Source: Takakia lepidozioides (lineage: Eukaryota > Plantae > Bryophyta). Taken from it: 64,000 bases of DNA. The notes beneath the pieces are model-generated. The model was given only the letters and a program-made list of their open reading frames with translations, searched no databases and was not told the origin of the DNA. Positions 1 through 12,962 of the stretch are shown one piece after another. The stretch is from NCBI GenBank assembly GCA_030704615.1, contig CM060734.1, positions 29,078,001 to 29,142,000 on the forward strand, given 5' to 3'. The translations under genes were made by a program, and so were the position numbers. Position 1 is the stretch's first letter, and the number at the start of each line of letters is the position of its first letter.

Positions 1-1239
1 CCCACTGGTGATTTGTAATTTGTTTGATATGATCGAACATGACCCAACTGTTTGACAAGTCCCCACTCGTCATCCGGTGGACCAGTTCGACGCCGCTGCC
101 AGGCCTACACGTGGACATTTTGAATACGAAACAACGATCTGCCTCGGTCCCTTGTCTAGGAAACCTACTTTTATGAATGTAGTCATATCCACATCGTCGC
201 TTCACCTCCAGAATGGAATGCATATCCGAGCCACGCCCAATTTTCTGTTGCAGGAGACAATGTGATTTCGGACATCGGTGAACAGACGTGGGACACTGAC
301 TCCAGCAATGCCTCCATTCCCTTCTCATCGAGAGGAACTTTGTCGGAGCCGTCTTCCGACATAATTCTGGCCAATGTCATCTTATGGGCGACCTGCAGCT
401 GTATCTGTTTGGGTTTGGCACCAGGTCTCAACTTAACCTCCTTCTGAACGAGCTGCTCTGCCTCGTGGGCAGCCTCCCGCGAGTTCCCCCTCGTCAATTT
501 GTGACAATGAGAACCAACATGTATGCAAGCTCGTGTGAGGTCAGGGAAACGGTGCAACACATAGAACTGCTTGGCATTACAAACAGACATGCAATGTGGT
601 GGTTCTTTGCAATGCGTACATTTAAAATGTGGAGTTTGGAACCTTCTCCTAAGCTCAAAATGGTTGATGAGCTGTGCCTGTCCAATCTGTCTCGTTTCTG
701 TGACCTCTGGATTTAAAGTGGAAACAAGTTGGGGAGAAACGCCACAACGCACCCGCACAAACAACGTAGCGCACCCGCACACCATCGAGCATCTTCATGC
801 TGGTGGTTTTGGTGACGCACCAAGGATGACCGTCATGTTTCCTATCCATATCTGTCAACATTCCGGACGCCCTCGAATAGTCCCTTCGAGGAGGGAACTC
901 AAAGAACATATTACCGTCGACGTCTGCGGGAAGGCATGTAACGGATTTAATGGCAAACTTGCTGTAGTCCAGCCCAGCCAGCTCCTAGCAGTGTCCCTCC
1001 ATGTGAAGCCCTCGCAGAATTTCAAGAATGGATCGAATTGCTGTGTTCGTGCTGGGAATATGACTCCCTTGTTCGCTGATATCCATTGAGGACTTGTCTG
1101 ATCTCCAGGATGATCTCGGAACTTCCATGACCTCGTCGGAGTGTGACAGATTGTGAACTACCCGGTTCTCGCTCGTCTTCATTGATGGGTTCGGCTCTGG
1201 ATTTACTTCGTTGCGGACTTCTCTCTTTAAGGTGCCCAC
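1..1239 (-). pseudogene. Mutator-like (GCM-type DNA-binding + MULE) transposase, frameshifted, runs off window start
   Basis: ORFs 655-909 (FFEFPP...MDRKHDGHPWCVTKTT) and 183-785 (FYVLHRFPDLTRACIHVGSHCH) match the transposase at 47699-48331 (VFELPP...MDKKHDGHPWCRTKT; YYVVHRFKTLTRACVHFGFHTH). Confidence 0.75.
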
Positions 1240-1261
1240 TCTCTGATTCGCGGATTATTTC

Positions 1262-2298
1262 GTGGAAGGCGTCAAGATAGAAGGCGCTTTTGGGAGTGGG
1301 GAGAAGGTGGACCCAGGAGACTTGGGGAAAGAGCCATGCACTGAGGGGGAGGGAGAAGAAGAAGAAGAGGCGGCTGGGCTGCAGGTTGGAGGACTCGAGC
1401 TACTCGAGGATGTCGCTGGTGATGACACGGGCGAAGGAAAGGCAGCCATACACGAGGGCAAGCCCAAGGAGGCTTGTGTTGACAGTGAAGGGTCGAAAAG
1501 AGCCAAGGAGGTGGGTAGGGATGACACGAAAGAGGCTGAGGTGAGCCACGTTCAGACCATACCTGTGCATGCTATAGTCAAAGTGAAGTCCAAGCTTCTT
1601 GTGTTTGACGTGAATGGGATTTTGTGTCACTCCTTGCCCAAATTCCAGCCCAATCCTTAGCCAAGCTGGCCATTTGTCATGACGTCGAAGAAGTGTGTTT
1701 TCCCACGACCTCATGTAGCAGAGTTTTTGAATTTGGCCCTGGTTTCCATGTTGGTTTCTGGTCATGTGCTACGAAGGAGAATGTGGCCGACGTCCTGGGA
1801 GTGTTGATGCAAGGGGTGAAGGGAGAGCCTCTATTCACATGGTCGGCTGAGCATTGTGACCATTGTTCTAGTCCACACCCTACAAAAGGGCCGCTTGTTC
1901 CTAACATATAGAAAACTCTAAGTAGAGAGTGGGATGCATTCCCACAATATGATGCATCCAACACTCTACTTGTGGATGACTCACCACATAAGGGGATGGG
2001 GAACTCCCCTCATAACATGATAAATCCCGTTATGTTTGATGTAACTGCTTCCAACTCGGAGGTAGATGGAGCGGAGTACTTACTGGAAACGTTGTGGCCA
2101 TTCTGCCTTGAGCTGTACCACGCAACAGATGTCCCTTCTTTGACCAAATCGCAACAATTGGTCTGGAAAGGACAACCCAACCGCACCCCCAGTGCCTCAG
2201 AGCCCGCTGGCCTGGCGAACAATTTAGCAGCTAGCCAAGTAAAAGCACCCCCCCATGCATGTTTGTGTGAATGCTTTGAGCATAGCCATGTATTTTAG
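1262..2298 (+). pseudogene. FCP1/NIF-like HAD phosphatase domain protein, frameshifted
   Basis: KLLVFDVNGILCH (HAD motif I-like), FHVGFWSCA, TLLVDDSPHK..NSPHN spread over ORFs 1262, 1624 and 1972; acidic N-terminus. Confidence 0.65.
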
Positions 2299-2646
2299 TC
2301 AACCTCCCCTCCACTCCCCACACCTACTCGATCCCAATCTACCCCCCCTAGCTCCCCAAATCATACCGCCCCGACACTTAACTCCTACCCAACAAACCCA
2401 GAACACCCAGAAGCCTTCGTTATTAAGGCTATCCATGGCATCAAAACCCAAACTTCACTGGACGCCTTTGGCGCCATATGTGTCGATACATACTATTTTT
2501 GTAAATGGGCCGACTACCCCATTGAAGATAACACATGGCAAATAGAAGATGACCTCTTTGGCAACCATGAAGATTGCGACCCCGTTCACAACCTCACCCT
2601 CCTGACTAATTTCCACAAATCAACTAACACTAAATACCTAACCTAC

Positions 2647-3497
2647 TGATAACGGCTAAGTATGACACAGCTACGAGGGCCAGACGGTGAGAGTCACGAT
2701 GGGACATACCGGGCAGTGATTGGTTTACACTACCTGGTCACGGGCAGAAAAGGCTAAGTACGCGGCACTTAGCAAACGGCGGAACAAGGGTACACTACCA
2801 CGGGAGCAGTAGTGGGTAGTGTAGCAGTAGTGGGCCGTGAACCGTGATAACATAGGCTTTTACTAATAGAGGAAGTAGTGAAAGACCGTGGACCGTGTAC
2901 CACTATGGCACACGACCAAAAGTCACGACCACTACCACGAGCCACTTTTTTGCAAACCCTTTAGGTTGCGTAGGCAATTAGGCAACGGTCATTAACGACT
3001 GCAGGCTATAACGGCTCTTTCGAGCATAGTATAAAAGGGTTGCACGCAACTTAGAAGGTATAAGTGATCCGTGTGTATCCAGTGGACTCAGAGTAATTCT
3101 ATATGTACTTATGCTATGATGTGATGAACTCTGAAGTAAAGCCATGCTATTCCAAGTATCTCTGTATAGAGTGAACGTGAGATGGTGAGAATGTGTATCA
3201 TCTTAGAATAGATCTTGTTGACTTGAATACTGTATGATTGTATGAACAAAGAGGCTCCAGCCTTTCCGACTAAGATCTTTTAGCTGATGAGACTGTGGGT
3301 TGGACTTAATTAATAGGATTAAGCAACCTGTCCAGATGCTGATTCATACAACTACCAAGGGTTAGCTATCTTTCAAAACGATTACTCTGTAATCGTTTCA
3401 GAAGGCATACCGTCGGACAACCTTTGTTGCATGTCTTGGGAAATGGGCTGTAGAGTTGAGAGCCTATTTTGTCTAAGTCATAAACCAGTGGTTAACA
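2647..3497 (+). repeat. 5' LTR of element A
   Basis: TGATAAC...GTTAACA termini; first ~168 bp repeated at 28013-28180 (about 12 differences by eye); TATAAAA near 3030; followed by a PBS. Confidence 0.85.
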
Positions 3498-3499
3498 TT

Positions 3500-3517
3500 T
3501 GGCGACCATACTGGGGA
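3500..3517 (+). promoter_or_regulatory. Primer binding site of element A
   Basis: TGGCGACCATACTGGGGA 2 nt after the LTR end. Confidence 0.7.
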
Positions 3518-4739
3518 CTAACGGTATGTTGAGTTCAAGTGAACTCAAGGAAGGATGGCTACTCAGTGATTTCTTGAAATCACAAAAGAACAAGTCAACG
3601 GAAGCAGAGGAATGGAAAGCATTCCTGAAAAAATTTCGTGGCTTACCAGTAGCAATACAACAGAAGATCTTTCTTTCAATTGCGAAAGAAGATGACATAT
3701 GGGGATTAAAGGGAGGACCTTGGGAATGTAGAATCAGAAGTGAAGAATGGTTGTCTTGTCTAGCCTTATTGATTACTCTAATCCCAATCAGAAAAGTTTG
3801 CTACACTAGTTATATTTTCAAGGAAGGATGTTCAAATTATGAATATTGTCATATGATCATAGAAGCTGTAGAGTACTGGATACCCAAAGACTTGTTACAA
3901 GTCAGATACACTGAGAAAGACAAATGGTATTATTGTGCCCATTAAAAGATTGGTGATCAATCAGTGAAGGAAAATTAAGTCGTGATACGGATTCTGGCAA
4001 GATGGTGACTGGTTTATCACTGTCAATTTGTCTTGATGCCTCACCTTGAATAATATTCAAGTTTTGTAATTCCAGGAACTCTTTTATCAACCGAGCTTCC
4101 CTTTCTGCAGCATATTTCTCTATTCTTTCAGCTGTGTCTTGCTTAGCTTTTTCCTTAATTTCCTCATTCATTCCCACATCATACACAGAATTCCTTTTCA
4201 ACACCCTTTAATAAGCCTTGGTATGTCAATAAAGAAAATTATAGTGGTCTCTACCCTTTCTCCGAGAAGATCAGGAAATCGGATCTTTGGAAAGTGAGAA
4301 CACTACACCAGAAGGAGTTGCAAGTAATGCTCTTGGCGAATGGTTACCACAAGAAAGATCTGAAGGACCTTCTACAGTAACAAGTCCAAATCGAGGTTTT
4401 GCTGAAATATTGGAAGAAAAATTTGAGAATATTCTGAGTGAAGAAGGTGAAAGAAGTGAAACTACTTCTCCAGAAAGGATAACCAGGACTGCACTCAAAG
4501 CTTTTAAAGATTCATTAAGCTTAGTAGGGACAACAGCTGGAAGACGGCTAACCTTGGGACAAGGACCTCCTAGTTTTGAATCATTGTTTGGAAGACAAAC
4601 ACCAACAACACCACTAGCCTTGACAATCCCAACACCAACATAGCCAGCAGCAGCGGGACCATTTCAGTTTGGATAGCCGGTTGCACCAGCAGCACCAGAT
4701 GTACCAGCAGCACCAATGGCTTTAGCAGCAAGCAAAACC

Positions 4740-5013
4740 AGACCACCGTTTCCTTTATATGATGGGAAATCTGACCCAGATATCCATCTCAATCAATTTG
4801 AGAACATGTGCACCATTTACAATGAAGCAACAGCCGATTATTTCCTTGTTCAATGGCCAGAAAAGGCATTGAATGGTTAGCAACCTTTCTAGCCAATCAC
4901 TTTGCAAATTGGGCGGATATGAGAGCCGCATTTCAAAGAACAATATAGATCCAACAAATCCACGTCTGAAATCTTCACAGGATTACTGAACCTGCGACAG
5001 AAAAAGAAAGAAT
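4740..5013 (+). pseudogene. gag: Element A gag, N-terminal capsid part
   Basis: RPPFPLYDGKSDPDIHLNQFENMC...SEIFTGLLNLRQKKKE read from the + strand, with frameshifts. Confidence 0.6.
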
Positions 5014-5014
5014 T

Positions 5015-6318
5015 GGTAGTATGTGCCCCAATCCTAGTGACTTCTTCATCCTCTCTGTCATGATATTCACTCCGGATCCTCCATCGATGAGTACTTCCGT
5101 TATCAGCTTCCGTCCAATACGTACTTGTATTACTGGTATTGCTTCGTCGTAGTATGGAGTTTGTTGTATAGTTGTGGGTTTAATCGTGTAAACTTCTTGT
5201 GTTGCAGGTTTTTGTTTTGGTGTGGGGGTCAATGCCTCAATTGCCCGAAATAAAGTTTTCTTGCAGTGTGGAGCAATTTTTAATAATTGTCCAATGGTAA
5301 TTTGGGTCTTGGTCTGGCAGATTACTTCAACCAATTCTGTTTCCGTGGTTGCGTTCGTGGTCTTCATTGTTGGTCTGATTTGATTATCTGGAGTTGGCTC
5401 TCCAGAAGGTATATGGGTTCCTTCTTGCATTTGAGCTATGGCTTTGCTTACCTCCTGGTGTAAGCTCTTTTCTTCCTGCCATGCTGCACTTTCTGGATAT
5501 TGTTTTCGTTCTTCTTCAATCTCCTTATCTGGAGGTTTCTGTTTCTTGGCCTGAGTTCGGGTTACTGCAAGGGTATCCACTACAGGATTTACCACACTCA
5601 CGGCTACACTTGGTCTGACTTCCATATTTCCCAATTCTGCCTCATGCTTGATTCGCAACTGGCATTCATGTTTCCAGTGTCCCTCTTTTTTGCAATAGTG
5701 ACATCTCGTGATTTCCTTGTTTTTGGGTTGATGTTCTCTATCCCGTGGTGGATAGTCATCTCGTGGCCTCTGATAACAAGTCCATCCGAACCTCCCCGTC
5801 GGACTTGGACTTGGTGTACCCCCACCTCTCGTGTGTACCCACTCTTCTTGGCCCGTTGATTGTAAATACAATGGCTGGTATTATGATTGTTCATATGACA
5901 AATATCACAATATTTGTCTTTCATGTGGCATTCTGTTGCCAAGTGTCCTGCAATCCCGCATTTGTGACACCATGTTGCCTTTCGTGGCCCTTCATCTTTA
6001 AAATTCTTGATAGCCTTTGCTATCTTCTGATCCAAAGTGGTTTTGTCAATCACTTCTTTCTTCTTTTGCTTAGGTTTTTCTTCATCATCAAAGTCTTCTT
6101 CTTCCAAGGGATCCTTGGAATCTTTACTTCTGCTCTGATGAAATCCCAATTCCAATTTCTTTGCAGTTCCTACTGCTGCAGCCAAAGTGTTGTTAGGCAT
6201 GACTGTAACCATGGTTACATATTCAGGTTGAAGTCCGTTGATGAACCATGATTTTTGCAAATCGTCACCTGGTGCTTGAGGTAGCTTCCTGATCAGAGTG
6301 TTCATTCTCTCTAGGTAG
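5015..6318 (-). pseudogene. gag-pro: Element A gag C-terminus (three CCHC knuckles) and aspartic protease, inverted relative to the element
   Basis: YLERMNTLIRKL..WFINGL; CHKCGIAGHLATEC, CDICHMNNHNTSHC, CHYCKKEGHWKHEC; VLIDGGSGVNIM. Confidence 0.85.
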
Positions 6319-8930
6319 GGAACCAAGAAAGACCCCTTTCCACTACCTTTCACGGAGATAGTGTTGGACACAGTGGTAGGACATGAGATGTACTCATTCA
6401 TGGATGGGTTCAGTGGGTACAACCAGGTGCAGATGGCAGAAGAACACCAAGAAAAGACCGCATTCATCACTGAATGGCGAGCCTATGCTTACAAAGTCAT
6501 GTCATTTGGACTTTGCAACGCACCAGCCATGTTTCAGCGAGCAGTATCTGGGATATTCAAGAATTATCTCAACGACTTTATGCAGGTATTTTTGGATGAT
6601 TTCAGTGTCTTCGAACAGAAATCCAAACACTTGGCACAATTAAAACTTTGCCTACAAGCCTGTAGAAACAATGGAGTAAGTCTCAATCCGGAAAAATGTA
6701 CATTTTGTGTGAATTCAGGATTATTGTTGGGACACATTGTGTGCCAACAGGGAATTCTGGTGGATCCAAAGAAAGTGGATGTTATCCAGAAAATACCACC
6801 ACCATTAAAAATCCCAAGAAACTCAAGAGATTTCTGGGACAAACAAGCTATTACAGAAGGTACATGGCCAAATATGCTCACAGAGCGGCACCAGTCTATA
6901 GACTGCTGAAGAAGGACGCCGAATACTGATGGTCTCCAGCTTGCCAGGAATCATTTGATTCACTAAAAAAGGCACTCACAGCAGCACCAATTCTAATAAA
7001 TCCAAGATGGGATCTACCATTTCATGTACATAGTGATGCATCAAGCATTGCTTTGGGGGCAGTTCTAGCCCAGAATGTGACAGGCACAATAGATTCACCA
7101 ATCTATTATGCAAGCAGATTGCTGACAGCAGCTGAGAAGAACCATAGCACCACGGAAAGGGAAGCATTGGCAATGATTTATGCTGCTCAAAAGTTTCGGC
7201 ATTATTTACTTGGCAATCGCTTTAAGTTTATTATTGATCATCAGGCTCTAGTTCATTTAGCAAATCGACCACTAGCTAGTGGCAAGGTTGCTCGATGGTT
7301 ATTACTTCTTCATGAATATGATTTTGAAGTTGTTCATAAACCAGGAAGATTACATGTTACAGCAGATCATCTGTCAAGAATTACTACAGGAGAACCAGCC
7401 ACAGGAGTAGAGGATCAACTTCCCGACACATTTTTGTTTGCTGTTCAACCAGAAGCACAAGATGAAGAGACAGATCCTCTAGGCGCTCTGGGAGTGTTTC
7501 AAGGAGACTATGACCTCCTAGATTCTCTTAAGCTCATGGATGACACTGATGAAGAAGAGGACTCATCAGATGAAGATGAACCTCTTGATGAAGGACCTAT
7601 TATTGAGGAAGAGCCAGATCCAGAAGAAGAAGATGATGACAAGGAAAACGGAGAGCCAAATAATCAAGAATTGGCCAATATCAGTATTAGAGCTTATACA
7701 ATTACCAAGGAAGAATCAGAAGACATTCAGAATCAAGATCAAGATCCGAATGATTGGCAATGGCCAATCAAATACTATCTGAACACAGTAATCAAGGGAA
7801 TTATATACAAAAGAGGAATTGACTCCATAATGAGAAGATGTGTGAACAAAGAACAAGCCAAAACAGTGATGCAAGAGCTACACAAAGGAATTGCAGGAGG
7901 ACACTTCAGTTCTGACCTGACAGCAAAGAAGATATTATTAGCAGGTTACTGGTGGCCTACTGTATTTGGAGACACTTATGAACATTGTCAACAGTGTGAT
8001 GTTTGCCAGAGGATGGGACCAGTAGAACAAACTGGGAAGGGTACTATGCACCCAATACTACCAACAGAACCATTTCAATGAGGACTAGACTTCGTGGGAC
8101 CCATTAAACCTCCAGCAAGGTACACACAGAACCAATACATCCTCACAGCCATTGACTACACTACCAAATGGGTAGAGGCCAAGGCACTAAGAGACAACAC
8201 TGCCTGGTCGACAACCAAATTCTTATATGAAAACATCATCACACGATTTGGTTGCCCACTGGAATTCGTCAGTGATCAAGGATCACATTTTATAGATAAT
8301 GCCATAAAATGCTTAACAGAGGAGTTCATGATCGTACATCACAAGAGCACTGCTTACTATCCCCAAGGAAATGGCCAGGCCAAATCTAACAATAAGATAT
8401 TATGCACTATCTTAACCAAGATAGTAAATGCCAATCGTACAGATTGGGACACCAAAATGAACACAACACTATGGGTATTCAAGACATCATACAAGGTGAC
8501 CACGAAACATACACCATTTCAGCTGGTGTATGGAGCAGAGGCACTATTACCCATTGAATGCATGATACCCACACTACGAACCGGAACTCATGAACGATGG
8601 GGTTTAGAGGAATCTCTACGAGTCAGGGAACATGAGTTATTTCATCTGGAAGAAGTTCGGGCAGACGCTGCAGATAACATGGCACGAATTCAAGAACAGC
8701 GAAGAAAAAGAATATCCGAAGGGAAAGAAAAATCTTTCTAGGACGGGGAAATTGTTTTATGGTTACCAAAAATCAAGAAGATCAAACTGGGAGGAAAATT
8801 GAAAATGCCATGGATGGGACCATTTCAAATCAAAAGGGTACATGACAATGGAACTGTTGATTTGCAGACCTTGGAACAAGAATTTGTGGGACGAATCAAT
8901 AGTAACAAGTTAAAAGGCTACAAAGGGATA
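6319..8930 (+). pseudogene. pol: Element A pol: RT, RNase H, integrase (frameshifts and stops)
   Basis: SFMDGFSGYNQV, FGLCNAPA, FLDDF; DAS..GAVLAQ, YYASR, TTEREAL; [44 protein letters not shown]. Confidence 0.95.
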
Positions 8931-9318
8931 CATGACAGAGCCCTTATATATGACTTATACGCCAACGAGGAAGACCAAACCGTAGATGAGGAGCTTGAAA
9001 TCGCCAGTGCATACTACATTCATCACGGCACGGTGAATCGGCATGTACTAAGACAGGTGGCAAAACGAGTTCAGGGCACAGCTACGGCTAGCCACCATTC
9101 ATTTGGAGGACAACATTACCACCCCATATACCGTATGGTGAACCGTGGCCAACACATATACCCTACAGAACCGTGACCGAATACGAAGCAGCCAACGGGT
9201 CACTGCTTGTGTTAAACTCCGAGATGTACGCTCCGAATGTCCCCACCGACCGTGGTAATCATACACCACTAACCATCGATCATAAGAACAATGGCGCAAT
9301 CCGACGGATTGCCAAAAG

Positions 9319-10145
9319 ATGGCGGACGATAAGGGCAAAGCCATTAAACCAATCTGCAAGTACTCCGCACACGCCGCTCATAAAAAAACAGACCACATAC
9401 CAAAATGGATGAACACATCCAAGATGGATGAACGTAAACTAACCGAAATCGGACAATCATCAACAACCATAAGTCCAATCCAAGACAAACCACGAAGAAA
9501 ACACCAACGGAAGAAAATCAGGCACATCCAGAAAAGGGATGAGGTCTATCCAAAACCGTTACCAAAAGCTAAATGCTTCTTGGTTAGCACGGGCCCAACA
9601 ATTAAAGCTAACTGCGCTTTAAACCTAGGCGGACAGCAGGACAAAATTACCTCCACGAGAACCTCGAGAGAAGTTAGAGAAGAAGTCCATAGAGGAGAAC
9701 CCCTACTTAAACCCAGAAACGAACCCCACACCTTCTCTTCCGCAAACTGGAAATTGTCGTCTACACAACTTCCAGTGTGCTTCATACTGCTCTTGATACA
9801 GGAATTGGTGCTCCAATTCCTTACAGCAATAGCAAAACTAAAGGAAATGGCAGGCACCAAGCAGAAGACACCAAGTTCTTATGCGCAAGTGAATTTCAAA
9901 ATCAGCCCGGCGTTGCGGAAAATCGAGCAGGACACAGAGACACAAGAGACGTTGGACAGTCTTGGCCTACGGTACTTCATCACCACGCTAGACTGGAACC
10001 TTAAGCACGGCGAGCTGTGCAGGGAGTTCTTGGAGAGTTACAACACCAGCACTCGAAGCACAAATGTCCGTGACACACAGATTCTATTGACGGAGAAGTA
10101 CTTGGCGGAAGTGTTTCACCTTCCCAGTCTGGACGTACCGGCACA
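9319..10145 (+). pseudogene. Element A extra ORF after integrase, 5' part, cut by DNA transposon E1
   Basis: ORF 9319-10179 (LCREFLESY...VRDTQILLTEKYLAEVFHLP) resembles element C ORF 53631-54650 (MIQFLQNF...VRGVDIEITPQYL..FDLP). Confidence 0.55.
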
Positions 10146-10374
10146 CCAGGGATGCCTCGGCTTGAGCCTGGTCGCGTGAGCGCAGCTGCGCTCACGCCAT
10201 GTCACCTTGCGCCCACGCCACATCACCAATCTCACTCCACGTCATAACGCTTAAACGCCACGTCACCGCGCGTCAAGGAAGAAACGAAGTGTATTTCCGC
10301 GGAAGAGTACCCTTAACCGCGGTAACAAGTTGGACGACATAATAAAAGGATGTGGTCATTCCCACATGAAAGCA

Positions 10375-10725
10375 AAAGATGAATGCGGTATGGATGAATG
10401 TAGCATGGATGAAACAAGCAGATGGATGAAATACATATGGATGAGATTTCAATGGATGAATGTATGATTGATGAATGTACAATGGATGTTGAACAATGGA
10501 ACATTCATGAATGGAGGATGCATTCATACACAGTACATGAATGCACAATGTATATGACATGAGTGTGAGGGGTTTGTAAGATGGATTCGAGAGTGCAGTG
10601 GATGAATGTACAATGGATGTTGAATAATGGAAAACATTTATGAATGGAGGATGCATGAATACAGTGTAGATGAATGCACAATGGCTTTGACATGAGGTTG
10701 TGGTGGTTGTGGGATGGATTCATGA
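10375..10725. repeat. Degenerate GGATGAATG low-complexity repeat with a ~130-bp internal duplication
   Basis: Repeated ATGGATGAATG; block GATGAATGTACAATGGATGTTGAA..ATGGAGGATGCAT at ~10470 and ~10600. Confidence 0.7.
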
Positions 10726-10921
10726 AGATTGCCATTTCATTCTGAGTGGATTCTTTGTTCCTTTTTCTTTCTGCTGGAACATCTGCAATAAAGTAGGGGA
10801 ATTCAATCTTTTATGAAGAGGATGAGAAATGAACATTAAAAATGTGTAGTTCAGTCTGACTCAGAGTCAGTATAATCTATCCCCGCGTCCTCTGCATCCA
10901 AGTCCAAGTATTTACTCCGGA

Positions 10922-12614
10922 TCAACGATGGCTACACCTACGGTCGGGCAATAAAAAGTCAAGGGAGAGAGCCTCGGCCATTTGAAGTGCCATTGCTTCG
11001 GCATACAGAGGAAGCACAAAAGTGGAAAGGGGGCTGTCGAAAACAGTCTCGCCACAAATGGGGGTGTCTCCTGAAGATCCACCGCTGCCTTTCCTGCAAG
11101 TCACAGCAAGGAATACGTTATTACTGCAAATTTGATGTCTGCGATTGAAAAGAGCACCCAAAGTGGAATGACAATTCCATTGCAGACTTACTCACATGAA
11201 AAAATCGTTGTGGACATGCTTATCCTCGTGATCCTCATCATTTTGGATTTGAATCGTTTCAGTTTGTGTGCCCGATGTAGAGCCAGACAAAAGGGGGAGG
11301 AGCACAGTCTTGTATAGGTCAGAGTCACCCGCCATGCCAAAAAGGGATCTGCCGCCTGCCTTGTACGCATGGTAAGTTCCTCTTGCAACAGACAGGAGAA
11401 CATGAACGGCTTGTAGGGGGGGATTAACGAAGATGAAAATGGTGAAAAAAAACAAAATCTGAAGGGAGAAAACAAACCTGTGGATACCGAGGGGTCGACC
11501 ACCCGTGCAGAATGGCGGCTGGATGACTCCAGCAGTGTCTGCATGATTGCTGGGGTTTTCTCCTTTGCACCTCTCCAGGGAGTGCCATTTGGTTTTTTGA
11601 GAGTCTGAGTGGGCTGCATGAAGTTGTACATAATGTCATCGACATGCGGCTCATATGGGGGATTGATGAAACTCCCTTGGTCAGAAATCTCGAAGCTGCG
11701 AACGGAGGATGGTGTCTTTGAGGTGCGAATCCTCCGCAGGCAGATTGCCTCAAACATCCTCATCTGCGAAAGACAGGAGGTTAGGGTGCAAAATAAATAA
11801 CAGTGGAATTTTGTAGATTGACACTTCAAAACATAGGCATGCAACAAACTAATCAGTCAAGTCTTTTTGATGATCGGTGCCGATCATCACAGATAATTGT
11901 AGAGTTACACTGTAGAATTCGTTGAAATAAAGCAACAAAGCACATCTAAGAGGGAGGTGTCATACCAGCTGACCAGGACAACCCCCTTTTACAAGGTAAA
12001 GGATGTTCACACAATTCCATGTGCGCAAAATTTCAAACCCAGAGGACTTCAGATACGATGCCAATGCCCGACGACTATCCTTGTCACATGACTGAAAGAG
12101 TAGAAGTGTCCCTGCATCAGAAAGGAAATAGTTGCAGAACCCGAACACCCAACTCCAGTAGTTGTCATCGTATTTGTTCCAGCTTGGCGTCTTGCCCTTC
12201 GGAAGAATGTCTGGCACAGCCTGGCCGTCTGGGATGTCAAGAATGACCATGTCTGCAGCAAACGTTTTCTGCACACCGCACACAAAGGAAGGACCAGTGC
12301 TCACCTGCGACAGACATGTTCAATTTCAGAACGAAGAGAAGAATGACTGCAAAGAAACAAATACCAATACTGCCAATGTCACCTACGAATGCAGAGGAAA
12401 GAAAGTTAAATTCCCACCAGATTGAGGAATGAGATCATGTTGTCCCAAGTAGGCGAAGGCACCCCGGTGTATCCTTTCTTCCGACTCTCCATCATTGCCA
12501 GCCATCCCTCATTGACAATCTTAATCTCCCCTGCAGAATCATCACGGGAAGGGTGTGGCCTGACATCGAACACGCACTGAATTGTGCGGGTATACCTTCC
12601 GGCGGTGAAGTCCT
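10922..12614 (-). pseudogene. E1 cargo gene, 3' exons: beta-class amino-DNA methyltransferase-like domain
   Basis: MVILDIPDG (motif IV position), FLSDAGTLLLF, WRGAKEKTPAIMQTLLESSS..RVVDPSVSTG, intron, GTYHAYKAGGRSLFGMAGDSD; catalytic motif precedes the SAM-binding motif (beta order); GT-AG introns. Confidence 0.75.
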
Positions 12615-12962
12615 TGTCATGCGCATATACCTCGCTACACAACTACATCGCTGTCCAAACCACACAACATATATGCACAATAAAGTAGTTTGCCACAATC
12701 GCCCCCCTAGCTGGTGGTTAGGTCCCTCTAACTCCAGATAGCTACAAGATGTAATAGCCACAGCCATACTAAGTCCTTTATCACTGTCCCTATTGTACTC
12801 AAACTCTATAGACCAAGAGGCCGGGTACAAGAGTAGCCCCATCGTTAGTCGTCGTCTTGTAATCTGTGAACTTGAGCCAAGATCTCATGTGCTGGTCTCC
12901 TAGTAGCTTGACCTTGCATTTCTTGTTAGCCTTCCATGGTTGTATCCACTCCCACTATCCAA

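Noticed and set aside
10273-10735. His-rich minus-strand ORFs
   Set aside because: Translations of the GATGAATG low-complexity repeat.
11650-11672. NPPY in E1 as the MTase catalytic motif
   Set aside because: The aligned E2 segment reads IDPTC, and it lies in the variable region; DIPDG after a hydrophobic strand is the conserved candidate.
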